NCBI GenBank assembly: GCA_038255465.1
Contig: JBBSLJ010000001.1
Location: 54,274 to 118,273, forward strand
Length of the DNA stretch: 64,000 nt
Direction of reading: 5' to 3'
Origin: Candidatus Saccharimonadales bacterium
Lineage (GTDB): Bacteria > Patescibacteriota > Saccharimonadia > Saccharimonadales > JACDFO01
Part shown: positions 56,514 through 64,000 of the stretch, in pieces
How positions within the stretch are numbered: the stretch's first letter is position 1
Layout: the number at the start of each line of letters is the position of its first letter
The notes under the pieces: model-generated
The model's database searches: none
What the model saw: only the letters and a program-made list of their open reading frames with translations
What the model was told of the DNA's origin: nothing
Made by a program: the position numbers and the translations under genes

Positions 56514-56634
56514 GGGTATACCCCTCTATATAGGAACAGGTGGGGCAGGTAGAATTTAGTAAGAGCTCGATGATGAGTATTAACTGCATCAAGTATCTAT
56601 CTTAATTATAACATTTAGGGCTTTGGGGCTTGCT

Positions 56635-57360
56635 CTACTGCTTAGTAAGCTGAAAAACTAAGTTATCACATTCAAGCTGGGCTGTTCCAATAGCGGCGAC
56701 CATTACATCTGGCTCTATAGTATGAAGACCTGGCTTCTCCCAAGGATCAGCGACCAAGAAATTACCCTTTTCGTCATTCCCGTAGATGACAACACTATGA
56801 TTCCATGCTTTACCGTTAACATCATCTGGCTTTGTCTCATTCTCGCCGACATTACTTGTCCTGCCCTTACCGTACAAAGTATCAAACGATAGACATGGTA
56901 ATACGGGTCCATTCATTAGTAATCCATAAAGTAGACTGCTCTTAATAGCATTCACAATGTGCAAATCACCGCCAGATTGAATAAATTCTATGTATGCCTG
57001 ACAATATGCGTCGTTCCATAATTCGCCAAGACTAGGCACTTTTAACCCAGACTTCCTTGCTTCTAGTCGCTCAATAATCTCTGCTGGAGAGAGCTTAGAC
57101 CAAGACTGGTCAATAACTTGAACATCTGCCGTGTAAAGCACGACATCAAAGCCAAGCGTCTTACACCAAGTTGCCATTTGTTGATTGATAGTGCCGAAGT
57201 TCTCACCTTTTTCATTTTTTACTTGAGGTACTTTGGAGGAAACATCATCAACGCTAATCTCGTTACCATAGTATTCAAGCAACATACTCAGAGCAGTAGG
57301 GCTACAAGTTGTGTTGGTCGGTTGATATTGGTGCTTGATTTCATATTCTGTCTTATTCAT
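56635..57360 (-). CDS. Papain-like cysteine peptidase, C39-like/BtrH_N-like domain
   Basis: 241 aa. Catalytic Cys within TCSPTALSMLLEYYG, and the downstream His in NHSVVIYG. Confidence 0.55.
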   Translation of the reverse strand: MNKTEYEIKHQYQPTNTTCSPTALSMLLEYYGNEISVDDVSSKVPQVKNEKGENFGTINQQMATWCKTLGFDVVLYTADVQVIDQSWSKLSPAEIIERLEARKSGLKVPSLGELWNDAYCQAYIEFIQSGGDLHIVNAIKSSLLYGLLMNGPVLPCLSFDTLYGKGRTSNVGENETKPDDVNGKAWNHSVVIYGNDEKGNFLVADPWEKPGLHTIEPDVMVAAIGTAQLECDNLVFQLTKQ

Positions 57361-57487
57361 ACACCAATAATAACAGAATTTAGGTCGCCAGAGCGTCGCA
57401 CAATAAAGATTGTGAGACCTACCTCAACAGGGGTAGGGGTTTAATTTTAGCGACATATGAGCTTGTCAAGTGCTTGTTATTTTCCGC

Positions 57488-57500
57488 TCACCCCTGTTAA
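57488..57500 (-). promoter_or_regulatory. Motif TCACCCCTGTTAA about 130 bp upstream of the C39-like gene, with an inverted partial copy AACAGGGGTA at 57427..57436
   Basis: The two half-copies form an inverted pair about 50 bp apart. They flank a TTGACA ... TAAAAT element on the minus strand, whose spacer of only about 14 nt is suboptimal. Confidence 0.4.
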
Positions 57501-57525
57501 AAAACCTATTATACAATAATGACTT

Positions 57526-58641
57526 TTACAGTCCGAAATGGTCTAGGGATTGAGCTAAATGCACTTTACCAACCTCAATTTTCTCACGCACCTCATCAGT
57601 CGGCGACCATGTATATCGTCGTATTCGTAAAGTCATCTTAGACAAAACATATCTTAAACGCATCAGCTCGAATCTCTCATCAAAGTCGGCTGGCTTTTCG
57701 GCTACCTGCCAATAACCATCAAGGAAGTCTTTCATTCGTGAGGGATCAAAAAATGTACTCCAACAAGCAATATCGCTAGTCGGGTCACCGCCAACACACT
57801 CGTCCCAGTCCAAAATACCAGTAACGTCCTTACCGTCAGTTAGTAAGTTCCAATCGGCGAAGTCGTTATGAACTAATACAGCTTGTGGTACGTCTAGCAA
57901 AGGATTGCCTTCATTAAATAGTGTACTTACGGCTTGTGATTGTTCTCCGGTCAAAATGCTTTCTTTAGTCAGCACATCAAGATTAAATGGTAATCCCGCT
58001 CGAACGGCCTCACCAAACGTATCGTGAAGTCCAATCAGTTCGCCTGACTTAGCTTTTTCATTATCAAATGCACCAAAACCGTTAACTTGTATCTGATGTA
58101 GTCGTGCCATCATCCTGCCTATCTGTGGCAATAGCTTGGCTTCATCATCAGGATGTTGTTCCAACCATTTCTTAATTGCTGTACCTGACAACTTTTCTAT
58201 GACTTGAAAGGCGAAGTCATCACCATTTTCATAGTCATGGACAGCTAACGTGTCATAGCTAGGTAAGTCGGACTCTTTTGCTCTTTTTGCAGCTTCCGCC
58301 TCCGCATGAAAGTAACCATTCTTAATACCTTTAGGGTGGCAACGGATAATAACTTCTTTGCCAGATGCAAGCACACCAGACCTAACAGAATTCACGTTAC
58401 CAAGATTAGTCTGTGCCTCTAAATCCAGCGGCTCAATAGCAGCCAGCTTATTTTCACCGAGCACATTGTTAACAGCTCCAACGAGCTCATTATCAGTAAA
58501 ATAACGGTGTCGGTCAGCCCATATATGCCCTGCTTGCTCTGGATCAACGGCACGGTCAGTCTGCCAGTAAAAGACATCTTGCCTGTCGGCTATACCAGCG
58601 TTGATTTTTTCCATATCAAGATTTGTCATTTGTTCAATCAC
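57526..58641 (-). CDS. Aminoglycoside/sugar phosphotransferase (APH) family kinase
   Basis: 371 aa. VLVHNDFADWNLL is the catalytic loop HxDxxxxN, and ILDWDE is the metal-binding motif. Confidence 0.7.
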   Translation of the reverse strand: MIEQMTNLDMEKINAGIADRQDVFYWQTDRAVDPEQAGHIWADRHRYFTDNELVGAVNNVLGENKLAAIEPLDLEAQTNLGNVNSVRSGVLASGKEVIIRCHPKGIKNGYFHAEAEAAKRAKESDLPSYDTLAVHDYENGDDFAFQVIEKLSGTAIKKWLEQHPDDEAKLLPQIGRMMARLHQIQVNGFGAFDNEKAKSGELIGLHDTFGEAVRAGLPFNLDVLTKESILTGEQSQAVSTLFNEGNPLLDVPQAVLVHNDFADWNLLTDGKDVTGILDWDECVGGDPTSDIACWSTFFDPSRMKDFLDGYWQVAEKPADFDERFELMRLRYVLSKMTLRIRRYTWSPTDEVREKIEVGKVHLAQSLDHFGL

Positions 58642-58650
58642 TTTATTACC

Positions 58651-59187
58651 CTAGGTATTTTCCACGATATATTTTGCAGCATCAAGTAGCGTAGGTGCAG
58701 TATATATTGCTTCTGGTGACACCACTTTCTCTCCTGTAGCCGTCTCTACAAGTATTCCACCTTTGCAGCCAGCATTTATGGCAGCTTTTATGTCGGTCTG
58801 TGCGTCGCCAACCATATAAACCTGGGATAGGTCTAAGTCAAAATCCTCTGCCGCTTGTAGCAACATTTTTGGTCCAGGCTTACGCCAATCAGTATTGTCG
58901 GGTCGTTTCATTTCGCCGTTCATATATGTCTTAAGGAACCTTACTCTACTTGGCTCTAGCTGACGTAAGACCTGGTTGTGTATTTGCCAGAACTCTTCTT
59001 CGGTTAATCGTCCTTCTTCAATTCCAGCCTGATTTGTGATTAGAATAACTGCAAAATCATTGTCTGCCAAATACTTTAATCCCTCGATACTGTCGGGGAA
59101 TAATTCTATCTTCTCAACTTTATCGACACGCAAATCTGGTGGATCAACAATAATGGTGCCATCTCGGTCTAGTAGTGCAACTTTCAT
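58651..59187 (-). CDS. HAD-IIIA phosphatase, D,D-heptose-1,7-bisphosphate phosphatase (GmhB)-like
   Basis: With the start at the internal Met (MKVALLDRDGTI) the DxDGT motif is N-terminal, as expected. Also present are RKPGPKML and the GDAQTD motif. The ORF track extends to 59277. Confidence 0.65.
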   Translation of the reverse strand: MKVALLDRDGTIIVDPPDLRVDKVEKIELFPDSIEGLKYLADNDFAVILITNQAGIEEGRLTEEEFWQIHNQVLRQLEPSRVRFLKTYMNGEMKRPDNTDWRKPGPKMLLQAAEDFDLDLSQVYMVGDAQTDIKAAINAGCKGGILVETATGEKVVSPEAIYTAPTLLDAAKYIVENT

Positions 59188-59439
59188 AACTAAATGATAA
59201 CAGGGATAAACAGTATTAGCCACAAAATACCTCAACATAAACCCTAAAGCTTGTCCAAAGCCCTGAAAATGCGTCATAGGGGGCGTTTTAATTGGGGTTT
59301 CTTGTTCACCTAATGCACTTTAATATCACAGTCCATCTGCTTCTGAGATTTTTTTCCATAATTTTGACCCTCAACGCCATTTATTCGTTATTTACTGAAC
59401 ACCAAATCTCGTAAAAACATAGCGAAAGCAACTGAAATT

Positions 59440-59673
59440 TTAGAAATATGTACTGAAACTAAATACTACTTTATTTCGATTTTCTTTAGCTGCCTTAATC
59501 TTCTCATTAAACACTTCACTATTCCTCATGTAATAAAAGAAAGTAGTGGTACTAATCCCACTCCAACGGCACGCTTCAGTGATTGAACTGTTATGTTGCA
59601 AAGCATCCATGAGACTTAGCATCGTTTTATATGTAACTTTTGGTGGTCTTCCTGTAGCTTTTTTAATTTCCAT
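59440..59673 (-). CDS. Small helix-turn-helix protein (possible excisionase/RDF or regulator)
   Basis: 77 aa with GRPPK...ITEACRWSGISTTTFFYY, an HTH-like segment. It is divergent from the recombinase gene. Confidence 0.45.
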   Translation of the reverse strand: MEIKKATGRPPKVTYKTMLSLMDALQHNSSITEACRWSGISTTTFFYYMRNSEVFNEKIKAAKENRNKVVFSFSTYF

Positions 59674-60249
59674 TAAACTCCTTTGTTTTCGGCATTATCT
59701 CTCTTCTCATTATCTCAAATACACAATTTTCGACTTGACAATGCTTATGGTAAAGAGTATAATTATAAGTACGATAGTGAGAGCCTTAGTGTCATTGAAC
59801 AAATAGACACTATGCAGGAATCTCCCCATTAGTTTTTCGATACTTTCTAGTATTGACTGACAAATGGATGATCCATCGAAAGTTCAATCAGAATCAAAAA
59901 CAGCAAGCCCACGCCAAGAAATGGTGGGTGGTTTTGTTGCACCAACAAAAAGGACAGAAGAGTCCTCATTTTTAAGCGTACCTGGTGGATCAAACTATTC
60001 ATCTGAGACTCATCCGCAAACCCATAAACAAATATGTAGTTACGATAAAGCTGACCTGGACGAATATTGCTTATGGTTGTATGGCATTTATGAGGAATCA
60101 ATTATAAACTCAAGTCAACGCACTTAGCGGAAATAGGGGGAGCTCGGCATGTTACTTTTTATCAATCTTCAAAAATACAAATGGCAGTCAAAACACGACT
60201 TTGCCGAGCCGTTCCCTTTGGCTGCCGTTCGTGCATTTGAGGTAGTCTT

Positions 60250-61833
60250 GTGATGGATGAAGCCATTGCTTTATGCCGTGTATCTAGCAAAGAGCAGCTA
60301 GATAGCAACAGCCTTAATCTCCAAGGCGAGAGCGTAGATGCAATGGCCGATGAACTTAAAGTAAAAATTGTCAAGAAGTGGGCGATACAACAGAGTAGCA
60401 AAAAGGGTCAGAATATTAAGCGTAAAGACTTGCAAGAAGCACTGGTACTTTGTCGTAAGAATAAGAAAATAAAGTATTTTTTGGTTGATAAAGTCCACCG
60501 TTACATGCGTGAAATGGAGATGATATTTTACTTTAAGGTACTCTTCAGAGAGCAAGGTGTTAAACTCATCTTCTGTGACCCGGGCCAAAGAGACCTCAAC
60601 GAAGATACGCCAGAAGCAAGTCTCAAACTAGCACAAAAAGCATATGATGCAGAAATAGCCAATGTCGAAAGAAGAGATACTGCACTCAGTCGTATGTCTG
60701 CAAGAGTTGCAGCGGGCTACTATCCCTTTAATACGCATGCGGGCTACAAAAAGACGGAAGCAGAAGATGGCCTACATATACCTGATGAACCAAGATTTGG
60801 TCTACTTCAAGAGGGGTGTCGCTTAATTATCTACAAACAACACACTGTCTCACAGGCTGTTAAATGGATGAATGAAAATGGTTACCTAACAAAAGGCGGC
60901 AAGAAGTTAGATATTAACCACTTTGAGGAGTTCATTGTGGACGAATACTATTGTGGCTTCGTAAAAATTGACGGACCAGACTGGCCAGATAAAGTTCCCG
61001 GCCTACATGTGCCTCTGCTCTCCAAGAGAGAACATGCTCTACTAATCGCCATAATCAAAAAGCGTAACCCTAGAATGAGAAGCATACATAACCCAGAATT
61101 TCCGATGGCTAATATCATACGACATCAAGAATGCGAAGGACTTGGAGGCTATGAGAAATTTGCTGGACATAATCACAACCCTGGTAAAACACGAAAAGGT
61201 ACCCAGAAAGCTCTCAAGCCCGTATACGATTGCAGAGATTGCAGAAAACGTATAGGCAGAGATATGACTCATGAAAACTTCTCAGACTACCTTGAGAGCC
61301 TAGTCTTCATACCAGACGATAAGAGCTTTAAGCATGCCCTGCTGAAAGTCTGGAAGAATCAGCGAGGCTCAAACGCTCAGAGATTACTTGTTTTAAACGC
61401 CAACAAAGATGTAATTGATAAGAAAATCAGGGACACAACCGTAACATATGCCACTGAGAGTGATGAAATCGTAAAGAGCTCACTACGTAAGCTACTGGGC
61501 GAATACAACGACGAGCTACAACAAGCCGAAACCGACATACACGAAGCAAGTAACATAGACTTAGAATCAGATGACTTTGTTAAGTTTGCTTTCCAGCAAG
61601 TAGATACCATGCGAGACAAATGGTGGAAATTGAACTGGAATGATAAAGCGAGGGGTGAACAAATTCTGTTTAATGGCAAAATTTATGTAGATAATGCTGC
61701 AAAAGTTCACACCCCAAATTTGAGTAACATTTACACCTTAGGGACAAACAAAAAAGCACTATCCGGAATGGATAATGCTCATTTGGTGGAGCTGGTGGGT
61801 ACCGCCCCCACGTCCGTCAGTTTAACTGGTTAG
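60250..61833 (+). CDS. Large serine recombinase (resolvase catalytic domain plus recombinase domain plus zinc ribbon)
   Basis: 527 aa. ALCRVSSKEQ carries the catalytic Ser motif. It has a long C-terminal region with a Cys cluster (CRDCRKR). The probable ATG is at 60253. Confidence 0.85.
   Translation: MMDEAIALCRVSSKEQLDSNSLNLQGESVDAMADELKVKIVKKWAIQQSSKKGQNIKRKDLQEALVLCRKNKKIKYFLVDKVHRYMREMEMIFYFKVLFREQGVKLIFCDPGQRDLNEDTPEASLKLAQKAYDAEIANVERRDTALSRMSARVAAGYYPFNTHAGYKKTEAEDGLHIPDEPRFGLLQEGCRLIIYKQHTVSQAVKWMNENGYLTKGGKKLDINHFEEFIVDEYYCGFVKIDGPDWPDKVPGLHVPLLSKREHALLIAIIKKRNPRMRSIHNPEFPMANIIRHQECEGLGGYEKFAGHNHNPGKTRKGTQKALKPVYDCRDCRKRIGRDMTHENFSDYLESLVFIPDDKSFKHALLKVWKNQRGSNAQRLLVLNANKDVIDKKIRDTTVTYATESDEIVKSSLRKLLGEYNDELQQAETDIHEASNIDLESDDFVKFAFQQVDTMRDKWWKLNWNDKARGEQILFNGKIYVDNAAKVHTPNLSNIYTLGTNKKALSGMDNAHLVELVGTAPTSVSLTG
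61743..61793 (+). repeat. Right copy of the imperfect direct repeat (inside the recombinase 3-prime end)
   Basis: See 56343..56393. Confidence 0.7.
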
Positions 61834-62332
61834 TCTGTCCTACAGGCATAGGCTGTTCGAATTACGTTTCACTGCATAAGAACAGTCAAGAAGCAGTGAG
61901 CCGTTTAATCCTAATCTTAGACTGACTACGGATCACTTGTCAGTAGCATCCAGAAAATATGGCGTGATTATGTACTATCTGGCGTCGTATATATCACGGC
62001 TGTCAAAATTAATTAAGCAGCGTACGCTACAGGTGCGAATTGGAAATTACCAAAACGTGCAAGTAGCTGATCTTTAAGATTTGCATCTAAAAAGGTTTTG
62101 CCTATAACGCTGGCAAGCGGCCTGCTGATCTAACCGTTAAAGTCCAACGTCGAGCATAAATTTCAGCCCCTCGTTTGTAGTCACATATTAATACGTGACA
62201 TCCTTATATTATACCACTTATGTCAATAGGAGTACAATGGTCTGCCGAAGAGCAAAGTAATATTATTTAATATATTGCGTTATGTATATAATTGTGCTAT
62301 AATACCGTACATAACATAATAACAGGTTAAGG

Positions 62333-63346
62333 GTGGGCGAACCACGGTTATATCTCGCCCCAGGGAGTCAATATACAATGAGCCTCACACAGCTACAAGC
62401 CTATTACCAGCCTTGGTTAAAAAAGCAGTCTCTTAAGCGTGATCTTAAGAAAATGCTGATTACTGCCGAGAAACAGCTCAAAGCCAAAACTCGCCGCGCT
62501 AAGAGCAAGACGATAGCTGCCATCAACAGACAATATTACATCTCTACTGCTTATGCCGACGCCCGAGTAGCCGCCAGACATAACGAAGATATCGCAATTA
62601 CTATGTTGATTTTGGCCTTTGTAATTGGCTACAGCGCTGCTGCTATGATTTTGGAGTTGTTGATTATTGCTTTCGGCACCGCATTTGTACTTGCTGATAT
62701 CACAAAAATTGATCCTGGTGTATTTATGCTTGTTGCTGGCATGACACTTGGCATTGTCTGCAGTTGGTTGACGTCTTTGCTGCTCAATATGCAGTCCTTG
62801 GCACTTATGGACGGCGCACTAAGAAAGACCAAACGCTCTGTTCGTTCCACTATCCGCAAAAGTCTTCGCTATACTACTCGCGTTACCGAAGCGTGGGTGT
62901 TATTCCTGGGGATTCTTGTTGGTATACCGCTACTTGCCGTTTGGTCTGCATTCTCTATTATAAGTCTTACTGAAATCTCAATGAATCAGCTATTTAGCTA
63001 TGCACCATTCGGTATAACAGCACTGATAGCCTGGGTAGTAATAATGCTTATGGAATATAGTCTGGTACCTTATGTTGCCCTTTTTGAGCCAACCGTACCC
63101 TTGCGACATTTATTGACCCGCAGTTCTCAGCTCGTTAACCGCCGAGGCCGAATATTTATCCTGCTATCCAGCATCCTGTTTGGGGCCTCATTATTTGGCG
63201 CCTATAAACTGGCAGTTTATTCCGAATCAGTACTTGGTGTACATCGCGGCCTGCAATTCTTTAGCTATAGTTTGATAATCGCGCTGCTGGCCAATGCGAT
63301 TATGGTTATGCTGTACCGCAAGCGCAAACTGGCACGCGTCAACTAA
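62333..63346 (+). CDS. Hypothetical polytopic membrane protein
   Basis: 337 aa with a basic N-terminal region and at least six hydrophobic helices; no conserved motif recognised. It is preceded by about 500 bp of AT-rich non-coding DNA. Confidence 0.5.
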   Translation: MGEPRLYLAPGSQYTMSLTQLQAYYQPWLKKQSLKRDLKKMLITAEKQLKAKTRRAKSKTIAAINRQYYISTAYADARVAARHNEDIAITMLILAFVIGYSAAAMILELLIIAFGTAFVLADITKIDPGVFMLVAGMTLGIVCSWLTSLLLNMQSLALMDGALRKTKRSVRSTIRKSLRYTTRVTEAWVLFLGILVGIPLLAVWSAFSIISLTEISMNQLFSYAPFGITALIAWVVIMLMEYSLVPYVALFEPTVPLRHLLTRSSQLVNRRGRIFILLSSILFGASLFGAYKLAVYSESVLGVHRGLQFFSYSLIIALLANAIMVMLYRKRKLARVN

Positions 63347-63388
63347 TCTAGGCTAGCCTCAGTAACTGACCACTACCTTCGTGTGACG

Positions 63389-63853
63389 CTATGCGTTAAA
63401 TGGTCGGTCGCACGCCCCTGTTTTACCGGCGCTGCAGGCACAAGCGTGCATGTTTTGCAGCGCTTCTGTCAGTACATTTTGTTGCTCGGTTGTAAGCCGC
63501 TCAAACATGGGAGCGTGATAACTATTCAGTATTCTGATGGCTTCATCAATAGCCCGCTCTCCTTTAGCTGTAAGCGTAGTCAGATGCTCACGTCGGTTCT
63601 CGCTACTACGGTTACTTTGCAAGAGGCCTGAACTGACCATCAATTTAATCTGGCGGCTAATACTCGCTTCAGTCTGGCCAAGCATTTCGGCAATCTGACG
63701 CTGTTTAATATGAGGCGATTTAGTTAGTACCATTAAAATCTTAAACTGGGAATAACCAATACCGATTTTTTGCTGCAGAATCTGATCATTCTGGCGAGAC
63801 ATCGTATACGCAATGTGCTGGAACAAATATCCTAAGTTACCGTTTGGATGCAT
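63389..63853 (-). CDS. MarR-family transcriptional regulator
   Basis: 154 aa. Winged-helix segment LTKSPHIKQRQIAEMLGQTEASISRQIKLM. Confidence 0.8.
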   Translation of the reverse strand: MHPNGNLGYLFQHIAYTMSRQNDQILQQKIGIGYSQFKILMVLTKSPHIKQRQIAEMLGQTEASISRQIKLMVSSGLLQSNRSSENRREHLTTLTAKGERAIDEAIRILNSYHAPMFERLTTEQQNVLTEALQNMHACACSAGKTGACDRPFNA

Positions 63854-63872
63854 AGTAAAATACTATCATAAA

Positions 63873-63892
63873 ACACTTAACAAGTTAAGTGT
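63873..63892. promoter_or_regulatory. 20-bp palindrome ACACTTAAC-aa-GTTAAGTGT just upstream of the MarR start
   Basis: Perfect 9-bp inverted arms. MarR regulators typically bind such sites in their own promoter. It overlaps the stop of the upstream gene. Confidence 0.35.
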
Positions 63893-64000
63893 TGATTTGA
63901 AGATACAGCTTATGCCAATCATCAAGTGACAGAGCCTGGGCGCGTAGTCCTGGATCAACTTCAGCCAGTTCTAGTTTTTGACGGGCCTCTTCTTTGCTAA
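63886..64000 (-). CDS. Partial CDS (3-prime end only; the gene continues beyond the window), hypothetical
   Basis: Minus-strand frame open from the window edge to the TAA at 63886..63888, encoding ...SKEEARQKLELAEVDPGLRAQALSLDDWHKLYLQINT. It is absent from the ORF track because it is truncated. Confidence 0.3.

Larger units (their letters stand above)
56341..61833. mobile_element. Putative integrative element: cargo (C39-like peptidase, APH-family kinase, GmhB-like phosphatase, HTH protein) plus a large serine recombinase, bracketed by imperfect direct repeats of about 50 bp
   Basis: Repeats at 56343..56393 and 61743..61793 (ACAAAAAAGCACTATC-N7-GATAATGCYCATTTGGTGGAGC). The recombinase is at the right end. 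The cargo is visibly lower in GC than the flanks, and a recombinase 3-prime remnant sits at the left repeat. Confidence 0.5.

Noticed and set aside
57444-57469. Sigma-70 promoter TTGACA-N14-TAAAAT on the minus strand upstream of the C39-like gene
   Set aside because: The spacer is only about 14 nt, too short for a canonical -35/-10 pair, so it is mentioned only in the motif finding.
56343-61793. Interpreting the ~50-bp direct repeats as a tyrosine-integrase-style att core
   Set aside because: The recombinase is a serine recombinase, whose att sites share only a 2-bp crossover. The repeat is better explained by duplication of a recombinase 3-prime end (a remnant ORF is present at the left copy).

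Overview
This 64-kb window looks like a small, moderately AT-rich genome (roughly mid-40s % GC by eye), in the style of Saccharibacteria/CPR or another reduced-genome bacterium. That is a guess from gene content such as short-form AlaRS and MetRS, many secreted surface proteins, a trehalase and a TauE exporter. Coding density is high and most genes lie on the minus strand.

Housekeeping genes run from 0.3 to 13.4 kb (sbcB, a DenV-like glycosylase, obg, a LysM/CHAP hydrolase, mltG, ruvX, ftsA, alaS, mnmA). A cell-surface gene cluster follows at 13.5-19.8 kb: a PKD-domain protein, a DUF916-like anchored protein, three Thr/Ser/Gly-rich secreted paralogs and a beta-helix-repeat membrane protein.

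An F1Fo ATP synthase operon (atpF-H-A-G-D-C, 20.5-25.8 kb) has no a or c subunit genes at the expected position. A 286-aa membrane protein with a c-subunit-like C-terminal hairpin sits there instead.

An NAD-salvage and ADP-ribose neighbourhood (nadD, nadE, nrtR, an ADP-ribosylglycohydrolase, a histidine phosphatase, pncA, pncB, a Nudix hydrolase) spans 29-49 kb and is split in two. Between the halves lie a 586-aa nucleotidyltransferase-fold protein, a sharply GC-rich four-gene minus-strand cassette at about 36.5-41.3 kb, and a 749-aa flavin-monooxygenase-like protein. The cassette encodes an APH-like kinase, a possible vWA-like protein, a divergent adenylosuccinate-synthetase-family enzyme and an unknown protein. 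I consider this cassette the best candidate for an undescribed system: it looks horizontally acquired and likely modifies a nucleotide or nucleoside.

A second smaller GC-rich islet (50.6-52.1 kb) carries pyrF plus a pyrE-like phosphoribosyltransferase with a degenerate PRPP loop.

At 56.3-61.8 kb a low-GC segment carries a C39-like peptidase, an APH-family kinase, a GmhB-like phosphatase, a small HTH protein and a large serine recombinase. Imperfect direct repeats of about 50 bp bracket it, and a start-less remnant of a recombinase 3-prime end sits at the left repeat, so I call it a putative integrative element.

Two 21-bp TTAGTGT-N7-ACACTAA palindromes lie in the nadD/nadE and phosphatase/pncA divergent promoters and are candidate NrtR operators. 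A CACCCCTGTTAA motif recurs upstream of three minus-strand genes. I saw no rRNA, tRNA or CRISPR array.
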